Below, piece after piece: positions 51,601-59,824 of a stretch of 64,000 nucleotides of DNA. The first letter of the stretch is position 1. Every line of letters begins with the position of its first letter. The notes under the pieces were generated by a model. It was not told the DNA's origin, searched no databases, and saw only the letters and a list, made by a program, of their open reading frames with translations. The position numbers and the translations under genes are program-made. Origin of the DNA: Macrostomum hystrix (Eukaryota > Animalia > Platyhelminthes); contig CATNEN010000039.1 in the NCBI GenBank assembly GCA_950097015.1, forward strand, positions 8,308,001 to 8,372,000, given 5' to 3'.

Positions 51601-54600
51601 GATAAGTTTTCCAGTACCAACGCCTTGCAGAATGACGACATACCGGCCGCACAGCTGCTTCAAGCAGTTCACCCGCATTGGGGAGTCGGCGTTCTCCGGC
51701 AGGTTAAACCGATAGCACTCTGGCCAGGTCTCGAAGGCCAGGTCTTTCAGACTGGAGTTCCATTCGCTACCTACTCTCACAGTGAGATTATTGATTGCTG
51801 AAAATGACGAGTGATAAATCTCAGTGGTCACCTTATTGATGTGCTTGGACTTAACAATAATCATTTCTCAAATATATGGGGGGTCGGCGCCAGAGCGGTT
51901 AACGCGCATGTCTCTCGCAGCAATGTCCCGAAGTTCGATTCCACGGCGAGGCCACATTTATTTGGGGCGCAGTGGCAGAGAGAAGGCTTGGGAGCTTGTC
52001 GTGAAATTTAAACACAGTGAGAGTGTACACTGCCTGACGATGAGAAAGTCAGGGCAGATGTACACACCTGTGTGAGCATATGCCTGCGTACAGTATTTGC
52101 GTGCGTGTGTGCTCAGGAGTCAGCGAAATGGGCAGAATGGCCTCCACTCTGGCTGCGGGTCTAGCGTCACCAAATGATGTGCCATTGCCCGCAGCCCTTC
52201 TGCAATTATTATTATTATTATTATTCTCAAATATGAATGAGCAGGTTCATCATTATAGCCCAAGTTTTCAATTCCCTTTCAAAAAATCAGATCGATTTTT
52301 GTGCCCCGCAACGTGTTAATGACTTACTAGCAGATGAGAAAGTCAAGTACATCTGTCCAAAGCAGTGGCTGGACTTCAAGTCGATGAGGATTCTCCAATA
52401 GTGCTCAGGATCTGGAGCACTTATACCATTTGTATTTAAAGTGACTGCCTCCTCAGTCTGGCTTGGATTTTGCACCAGAATATCGTTAAAGTAAAAAGTC
52501 TTCTGGTAAGTGACTGAAAACACTTTTTTGCTGTCTGATGCAACCGAAGGGTAGTATAATGAAGCTGCGAAAAAGTAATTGTGAGGCAATTTGTGCTTTT
52601 TGAGCGCTGCTTTTTAATCTAGAACGTAACTATTTGAAACTACGTGACTCACCGCAAAGCAGGCTGTTAAAGTCGGTGTGGCAACTCTCTGTACTTCCTG
52701 CGCTGGTAATCTGACATTTTGTCACGGCGCTAAAGGTGTCTAAAAGTCACATTAAAAAACAACTTAGTTTACGAGCTGCCATTCGTTTTATAGAACCAAC
52801 CGTAAAAAGCAGGCTCACCCGTAATGCAAGACCTGTTGAAGCCAGCGCGCGTGCCAGTCCAAGGCACACAGGCCCGACCGGAAGCGCTCATTGTGACGCC
52901 ATAGTCATAGAATTCGGAGTCGGCCCCGACAACAGTGCATTTAAAATGATCTGCAGTTTTTTTATTACAATAAAGCTCACCATTATGTTCTGAGACTGTA
53001 ACTGAGCACGATGCTGATGCTCAATATGGGTGATAAAATGCAAAATTTTACTTTGAGAATCTTGGTAACACAAGAAGGACGAAGGGGTATTTCAAATGCA
53101 CACATTTTTTCTGTATATCTCAAAATATTCTACCAATAGCCCTGAAAATCCAAAAAACACTGGCTATAATTTACCGCCGTAATCGATGAAACAGCTTCCT
53201 GAATCACAAAAAATCGGCATCGTCGAGGTATTCAACATTATCGTCGGGGTGTCTGGTGGCTAAAACCACTAATATAGGCATAATAAATCTGCTCACAAAA
53301 TTTCATCATGTCACCCTATCGGCTATTAATTTTTACTCTTTTTGATAGATTATGACAATATTGATACTTTTTTAACCAATATAAATACACTAAGAGGCTT
53401 ATTCAGAGCGATCTTAGTTGTCCTTGTCACCATGACGATGCTGACGTCGGTCGGCTCCGTCGGACGGAAAACTTTTATTCATACAGTGGACTTTCACAAA
53501 ATTCGGTCATTCAGTTTCGGAGCTATTGTGTGACATTATTAAATTAGATTTTTTGAATGAAACAATGGTTTAATAAAGTTAATTTTGATTTCGCTACTGT
53601 CCTTCTTGAATTTCATTTTGCGTTCGTTCTGGGGTGGCTGCTCCGTCTGGTCCGAAGATCATCCGTTTGCCACAAGTCCGTAAATCAGAAACTTATAGAA
53701 GAAAATTTAGTTTTATTTTGAGATTAGTCATAAAACAAAATGTGAAGATAACAATAAACAGATTATTAAATTCAGGGGTGCCATTGCCCCTTCCAACACC
53801 TATAGACACCTATAGTCTCATCTTTCCTCGGTCTCATCTCTCCCCTGTCTCGTCCATCCCGTTTCTCATCTCTTCTCTATCTCATCTCTCCCCTTTCTCA
53901 TACTCCTACAGTAAATGTGACCCTCCTGTTGTCTTTTAGGTTCTCTCTGTGGCCCGTAATACTCGTTGGTTTGCCGACCCCTGTGATGTAATTAATTTAT
54001 TTATCTCATATGCCGAATTAATCGAAATTAATGCAATTAAAAATATTAACATTTTCAGTAGACAAAACGTTTCATTAATATTTACCTTCATATCCTAAAG
54101 TAGCTCCCAGAATTGCACTTTTAGCACTCCGCCTGTAGTTGCTGCTGGAGGAGGACACATTCACTTCCAGTTTGCCGGGAATTCCATACAGCAACGGCAC
54201 CAAACAGTCTTTTGGAATTGGGAACAATGAGATGGTTGGTTGGATCCTAGAGAACGATCACCACTTTCACTGTTGATAACTTGATACTTCACTGTTGATC
54301 GATACTTACTTTGCTTGACGCGCAGCGGATAGTACAGAACGTCGTCACTCGTGCCCGAGTAACAGTCGGTCTCCGAGCTCATCACATAGGCGACACTTCC
54401 GGAATTTCCACAGGCTAACAATTGACTGCTTTCTCCATCCAGATTCATGGCAGAAAACTCGCGAAACATACTGTTTGACGAAACGATTGTGCCCACTGCT
54501 CCATAGTTACACGAGAATCCAATCGTGAGCACAATGGTGTGCCAGTCATCGGGGGAAACTGAAATTGTTTTGAGCAGTTGATCTCCTGAAAAATCGAACT

Positions 54601-57600
54601 TTTTGGCGCTATCGACGTTTCGACGTCTATCTAACGGGCCGATTTCCATTCTACCGACCAACTCATGGACTGACTCACTGGTGTACTTATCCACTTCGCA
54701 GATGAACTTGTGAGCGGAGCCGCACGGTACGTCCATGATCAGGCCTCTGTACAAGTCCAGGGCGGCGCAGTTCGATGGAGGCCGGCCCATGTAGAACGCG
54801 CCGGCCTCAACGGGCGAGCCGTCGCTCCAGACCCACTGGTTGGTGCTGGAGTTGCGCTGCAGGCCGATGTGGGCGTAGCCATAACTACTGATGCCAGTAT
54901 CCCCGGGCCTGGTTCGCGTTTGATAAAAAGCAAACAAGCTAAATTACTCAGTTAGTAGTGTATCACGAACTATATTTGTATTTTAAAAAATTAAACTTCA
55001 GGCGTTTCAAAACACAAAAATATGGAAACTAGAGATAGAAAATCTCAGTTCTGAAGAGGACATTCGACATTAAATTCGATAAGATGCTCGACCAGACTGG
55101 TCGGCTGTTACAAGACAATACTGGACAATACTGGACAATACAAGACTCACGCGGCGCTGACGAAGCTTCGCTCAACCGTAGTCTTGGCGTTTAATAGGCG
55201 ACCCCTAAAGCCGGCCCAGGTGTGATCTGAGCATAATTGGTTTGCGATGGACAAAGGTACCTTCGTGTTGAACATGTACCAGCAGCTCTGCATCGACGAC
55301 ATCCAACCAGGTGGACAAACTGAAGTTGACAAATAGCAGACACAATTTTCTAAAGTAGTAAATGAGAAATTACTGTTGGAAAGTACAATCACCATCTTTT
55401 ATCTGGCAGCCTCGCGCAGAGTCGACCGCCGTAACAGCGGAATCTTTCGTGAAGTGTAGAATAATGCTCAGCGGGGCAATGGAGAATGGAATAATGAAGG
55501 TCTCGTCTGAGTAGGTCACGGGGAACTGCTCGGAGAAAAATGAAGTTAGAATTTACTTAAGGATGTTGTAGATTCTTTCGTGAACATTTTACTATTTATG
55601 TCATACTATGTACGAGCCGTAGTGTCAACTAACGGGATTTAGTCGAACAAAATGAGAATGACAAGCTTCACTTTAAATATCGGTGTAAACTTCTGTGAGT
55701 AGTTAACTTTGAGGCAATATCAAGGCCTAATCTTAGCTGCACACCGACAATGATCAACATGTAGCCTTTAAAAAACTCACGATCCAGAGGCTGTCATTCC
55801 AGGCGTGTGTCATGTTGAAAAAGCCCTCAGCAGACACCAGCTGGTAGGACAGCCAGAAACCAACATCAGCTGACAGGCCGCGAACAGTGAAGGCAGTCAA
55901 ATAGTGGGGCCGAGAGAAGTTCAGCTGCACGAGTGTCTCCAGACTGGTTTTCCAAGGCGCAGAAATTGAAATATACGCGCTCTCAATGCTTGGACAAGCT
56001 GAAGCAGTGAGTCAGAAGGCCGTCAGTCAGTCAGTTTATGGAGTTTAGATTAAAAATAACTTCTGAATGCCCTAAATAATACTAAGTGCCCTAAAAGATA
56101 GGAAGAGGTACTAACCAGTCGGACTCGGATAGCCAACAGCATCCAGCTGCAGGATGCACTTTGTGATGCAAGTCGCTGCCTCGAATTGCACCAGCTGAGT
56201 TTCGATCTGCCTCTTGAGCGGTGTCAGGCAGGGGCTTGTCTGCATATCTGCGCAAGAGACACTATGAGAAATCTGAAATTCAAAGATAAAGTAGTCTCAC
56301 AGTAGTGCAAAAACACACAGTCAAGCTGTCGCTCTTGGACAGGACATCGCTGGCATTTAGTTAGCCATGTCATAAAAACATTTTATCGAGTTGAAAAGAT
56401 AATTTGGGCTCAGTGCGCCTCAGAGCAATTGGAAAGTAAATTTAGTAACTGAGGATAGGCGCGACGTTGAAAAAAGGAGGTACACATCATTCGGCAGCTT
56501 TGGTCGTCGCTTCTGGCCCGTGGGTCATTGTGGACCATTCTCTGCTTAAAAAGCAAGACGAAATAATAGAAAGGTTTGCAAAATTCAAGGCCGAACTTTA
56601 CCCTGTTGTTAATAGAATCGGTTAAATAAACAGGCTGAGTAACCAGCAGCGATTTAGTCGGCGAATGGGCCGCATAGAAACTGGAAACTCGTCCAGGGTC
56701 AACTGTCCTAGTAACGTTTCCCATCACGAGGAAGCCAGTGACGGTGAAGTTGAAGGGAAAGTAGATCCGAGCCCAAACTTTATCCCCACTCAAGTAGGCG
56801 CCCTGAACGATGCTCCCATCAGGCTTGACTTGAAAGCTGAGCGAGGGCAGGCCTTGGTCTGCTTCTGGGTTGCCAAGGACCACCCACGACATTGGAAAGT
56901 AGCGACCGAGGCCCATGGGCGACTGGCTGAGCATTGCCAATTGTGCTGCACCTGGTTTGGTGTGTTGAAAATGTCACCAAAAATATCAGTAAATTCAGAA
57001 TGTTTAAAATTTTTTGGATATTCTGCTGTTTGAGACTTTGGATTTCCTGTCTTAACAGGCCCACTTTTCAGGCCTATTGATAAAAAAATTAATGACAACC
57101 CGAGTAGCTAAGTACGAGTATCAAATTCCTGATACAAAAAAGTCGACGTGAAAATTATTCACGTTCAAGAACGGTTTTGACATTTCCATTCACTCATTTT
57201 CCTGCCATTTCCTGCTACACCACATATAATATAGCTTTGGCTGCTCACACAGAAGTGCATGTGTCTAGAGCACGCATGACCGGACGAAGCACGGTCAAAA
57301 ATGTCACAATTCAAATCATACTGGGACAACTATAGACTGAACTCTGGAAATAGATGGTCTCAACTCTGGAAATGCACTTATAGCTGTCAATCGTTTCCAT
57401 TATGCAGCTCCATCTACTTGTCTATGGTCCCAACTCTGGAAATGCACTTATAGCTGTCAATCGTTTCCATTATGCAGCTCCATCTACTTGTCTATGGTCC
57501 CAACTCTGGAAATGCACTTATAGCTGTCAATCGTTTCCATTATGCAGCTCTATCTACTTGTCTATGGTACCAACTATCAGTACCGTCGCTAAGTGCTCGC

Positions 57601-57812
57601 CCCGAACCGGGTCAGATGATATGGGTTTGGAGTGAAATGAAAGCTGCAGTATGCCGCCTTAAGATCAGGCCAAGAATAACTTTTTGAGAACAGATTGTGG
57701 TGTGTGTGTGCCAAACATAAATTAAAAAGTTCAACTCCTCATACTCACCAATAGATTGGGCCTTGGTGCCAAAGATGCAGCATATTACAATGCTAAGGAA
57801 TATTGTCAACAT
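19776..57812 (-). CDS. PKD1L-like: Giant polycystin-1/REJ-family (PKD1L-like) gene, many exons, multi-lectin ectodomain
   Basis: Signal-peptide exon 57812-57749; co-linear minus-strand exons with GT-AG borders; PKD, REJ, GPS, PLAT and channel domains; stop at 19776; minus-strand AATAAA at 19320-19315. That everything is one transcript is inferred. Confidence 0.7.
21720..23630 (-). CDS. Polycystin exons: PLAT/LH2 domain and TM2-TM5
   Basis: [30 protein letters not shown] (PLAT); DDHLWMSV...[18 protein letters not shown]; [10 protein letters not shown]; [15 protein letters not shown]. Confidence 0.93.
23033..23383 (+). mobile_element. SINE family A, copy 4 (intronic, within the PLAT region)
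   Basis: Full-length family sequence. Confidence 0.9.
23692..24794 (-). CDS. Polycystin exon: GAIN/GPS region and TM1
   Basis: [13 protein letters not shown]...[19 protein letters not shown] followed by a hydrophobic helix and DGKDLQK. Confidence 0.9.
24893..26278 (-). CDS. Polycystin exons: REJ module
   Basis: [46 protein letters not shown] and VIDSIG are typical REJ motifs. Confidence 0.9.
26483..26690 (+). mobile_element. MITE-like repeat family M, partial copy
   Basis: Aligns by eye with 53084-53270 and with the arms of 37278-37660 (GGGGTATTTYAAATAC...CATCGTCGAGATATTCAAC). Confidence 0.65.
26718..30220 (-). CDS. Polycystin 3.5-kb exon: Ig-like/PKD repeats and start of REJ
   Basis: PKD signatures [41 protein letters not shown] and repeated CxNxVS; S/T-rich with many N-glycosylation sequons. 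Confidence 0.93.
30301..31873 (-). CDS. Polycystin exons: fibrinogen-related (FReD) domain, EGF/EB-like Cys module, Ig-like domain
   Basis: [31 protein letters not shown] (FReD); CYADASC..NSAC...CLCKSGF (EGF/EB). Confidence 0.85.
32720..41680 (-). CDS. Polycystin ectodomain exons: alternating F5/8C-discoidin, C-type lectin, F-type lectin and PAN-like modules
   Basis: F5/8C: [36 protein letters not shown]: [30 protein letters not shown]: [21 protein letters not shown]. Internal boundaries approximate. Confidence 0.8.
37278..37660. mobile_element. MITE-like element family M, about 380 bp, inverted ends
   Basis: Left CACGGTGTATTTCAAATACCCAC; right GTGGGTATTTAAAATACCACAG is its approximate reverse complement; AT-rich and non-coding. 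Confidence 0.7.
41945..42614. repeat. GC-rich low-complexity region with about 12-bp (GCTGCCTCCCCC/GTTGTCTCCCCT) repeats; probable unclassified element
   Basis: Abrupt high-GC block in an AT-rich intron; continues after the LINE at 43903. Confidence 0.6.
42046..42111. mobile_element. 66-bp miniature TIR element (hAT- or P-type ends)
   Basis: Perfect 22-bp inverted repeat CATGGATGAATGAATAGAATTC (42046-42067 / 42090-42111); 8-bp direct flank CGTTGTCT (42038-42045, 42112-42119). Confidence 0.8.
42615..43902 (+). mobile_element. 5'-truncated non-LTR retrotransposon (I/R1/Loa group) encoding RNase H and a CCHC zinc knuckle
   Basis: Open frame about 42616-43785: [65 protein letters not shown] tail; 14-bp TSD AGAACCGGTGGAAC at 42601-42614 and 43903-43916. 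Confidence 0.93.
44570..56951 (-). CDS. Polycystin N-terminal exons: F5/8C, C-type lectin, F-type lectin and kringle-like modules
   Basis: [33 protein letters not shown] and CPQGF..WFWHDG..FVCQ (CTL); IDGD..PWVAIDF, CGRYVVI (FTL); [19 protein letters not shown] (F5/8C); NCL...[10 protein letters not shown] (kringle-like). Boundaries approximate. Confidence 0.8.
44757..45095 (-). mobile_element. SINE family A, copy 5
   Basis: Head, body and tail on the minus strand with small deletions. Confidence 0.88.
46420..46510 (-). mobile_element. SINE family B head fragment
   Basis: Minus strand AGCATAGTGGTTAGAGC...GGTTCGAATC then TTTGTGTCCTT. Confidence 0.65.
46518..46886 (+). mobile_element. SINE family A, copy 6
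   Basis: Head, body and long (ATT)n tail. Confidence 0.9.
48462..48770. repeat. 19-bp minisatellite (CTTCTACTAGTGGTCCTCA)n
   Basis: About 16 tandem copies. Confidence 0.95.
49330..49606 (-). mobile_element. tRNA-derived SINE family B, near full length, CORE-like motif
   Basis: Minus strand AGCCTGTGGTTAGAGCG...GGTTCGATTCC, then TTGTGTCCTTTAGCAAGACAGTTAAC and an AT-rich tail. Confidence 0.75.
51128..51270 (-). mobile_element. SINE family A, 3' fragment (copy 7)
   Basis: Family 3' half only. Confidence 0.8.
51878..52225 (+). mobile_element. SINE family A, copy 8
   Basis: Head with GTTCGATTCC B-box, body, (ATT)n tail. Confidence 0.9.
53084..53270 (+). mobile_element. MITE-like repeat family M, partial copy
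   Basis: Similar to 26483-26690. Confidence 0.65.
57361..57570. repeat. 70-bp unit triplicated in the first polycystin intron
   Basis: Copies start at 57361, 57431 and 57501. Confidence 0.93.
57749..57812 (-). CDS. First coding exon: signal peptide [21 protein letters not shown]
   Basis: Hydrophobic core, small residues before a likely cleavage site, GTGAGT donor in phase 1 matching the acceptor at 56951. Confidence 0.8.
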
Positions 57813-58002
57813 TTCAGTTTCAAAAATTGTAACAAAGTCGTTTTGAAACTTTGAAGTCCCGACTGAGTGCCCATAAGCACGTTTATTATATCCTTTAGTA
57901 CCAATGCACCAGGCCAGACAGTGTGATAATCAGGAATCCCCAACACATTCCTTATTTTGGGATCAACCAGCATGTTAATCATCACTAAGCTGCGCGCTGG
58001 GT

Positions 58003-58016
58003 GTTTCCATAGCAAC
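58003..58016. promoter_or_regulatory. RFX X-box GTTTCCATAGCAAC about 190 bp upstream of the polycystin ATG
   Basis: Exact match to the 14-bp X-box consensus GTNNYY-AT-RRNAAC; forkhead-type TGTTTAT and CCAAT (ATTGG) within 60 bp further upstream. Confidence 0.75.
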
Positions 58017-58295
58017 GCTTCTAGGCGGGTTGACTAGCGTTGTGAGAAGTATGTCTGATTGGTGTTTATTTATTGATTCTATCAATTACATGGCAATGTT
58101 GGGCTTTAATTTTTGGGATTTTCGCGACAAGCTACGGCGGCGGACCGCGACGAAATCCTCTCCCCAGTTGGCCAAAACTTTTCCCAATGTGCATGAATAT
58201 ACTGGACTTAATAAAAGAAATAAAACGCTTGCTAAATTGAATTTAGACGTTTAATATGCTAGAAAAAAGAATGAAACTGAATAAAGAGAACTAAA

Positions 58296-59200
58296 AAACT
58301 AGTATGAGCAGTTATAAACTAGTATGAGCACTTACAAACGATTATGAGCAGTAATAAATTAGTATGAGCACTTATAAAATAGCATGAGCAGTTATAAAAC
58401 TAGTATGAGCACTGATATACTATCATGAGTAGTTATAAACTAGTATGAGCAGTTACAAACGAGCATTAGCAGTTATGAACTAGTATCAGCAGTAATAAAC
58501 TATAATGAGAAGTTATAGACTAGCATGAGCAGTTGTAAACTAGTATGAGCAGTTGTAAACTAGCATGAGCAGTTGTAAACTAGTATGAGCAGTTGTAAAC
58601 TAGTATGAGCAGTTGTAAACTAGTATGAGCAGTTGTAAACTAGTATGAGCAGTTGTAAACTAGTATGAGCAGTTGTAAACTAGTATGAGCAGTTGTAAAC
58701 TAGCATGAGCAGTTGTAAACTAGTATGAGCAGTTGTAAACTAGTATGAGCAGTTGTAAACTAGTATGAGCAGTTGTAAACTAGTATGAGCAGTTGTAAAC
58801 TAGTATGAGCAGTTGTAAACTAGTATGAGCAGTTGTAAACTAGTATGAGCAGTTGTAAACTAGCATGAGCAGTTGTAAACTAGTATGAGCAGTTGTAAAC
58901 TAGTATGAGCAGTTGTAAACTAGTATGAGCAGTTGTAAACTAGTATGAGCAGTTGTAAACTAGCATGAGCAGTTGTAAACTAGTATGAGCAGTTGTAAAC
59001 TAGTATGAGCAGTTGTAAACTAGCATGAGCAGTTGTAAACTAGTATGAGCAGTTGTAAACTAGTATGAGCAGTTGTAAACTAGTATGAGCAGTTGTAAAC
59101 TAGTATGAGCAGTAATAAATTATAATGAGCAGTTTTAAACTAGTATGAGCAGTAATAAATTATAATGAGCAGTTTTAAACTAGTATGAGCAGTAATAAAA
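58296..59200. repeat. 20-bp satellite (AAACTAGTATGAGCAGTTGT)n
   Basis: About 45 copies, homogeneous core and degenerate edges. Confidence 0.97.
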
Positions 59201-59824
59201 CGTAGGGTTACGTTTAAGTAATTCACTAGTGCTAATTCGTGCTTAATGTGGACATATTTATCAGCCCTTCCCAGGCACTTTGATTAGACTAAATTGTTAT
59301 ACTTTTTAGCTCTAAACAATTTTACTAGAAGCGAGAACTTTTGTCTAAAACATAGTTGGACAGGCTAGAACAGGCCCTTTAATGTATTCTCCAGAAATAT
59401 CATTTAAATTAGGCGGCTTCCATCGTTGCTGGGGCGGCCTTGTTTGTTAGAAGCAGCTGTTCGTTTTATTCCGCAATGAATATTAAAACTCAGCATAACT
59501 GACTGGGACGGAGATCAAGCTGCTGGACTAACGGCCATCCAACTGTCGCCAGAGCCATGCGTGACAGCGCTAGACGAAAAAGGACAGAAAGGGACAGAAA
59601 AACAACATGCAGACAGTCGCGACCTTCAGCTATTAGAAGTTTTTTTCTCTCTTAAAAATAGCCTGCGTGTCTGCGTGTCCTGAATATATTTTCTACTTAA
59701 CGGAAAAAGTCGGACTTCAGACTCTTCACGACTCTATGCTCATATTGTAAACACCTCTACACTAAAAACTGATGCAAAATACCTGAGGATACTGCAGGTT
59801 TCATCTGTGCACAATAGTGTACAG

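Noticed and set aside
52030-52140. CTGACGA...GAAA in SINE A resembling a hammerhead core
   Set aside because: No valid stem II, stem III plus NUH, or stem I pairing; it is a simple hairpin.
56410-56450. 30-nt micro-exon ([10 protein letters not shown]) with a GC donor in the polycystin gene
   Set aside because: It fits the discoidin pattern, but the donor GCGCAC is poor and the frame is maintained without it; RNA evidence is needed.
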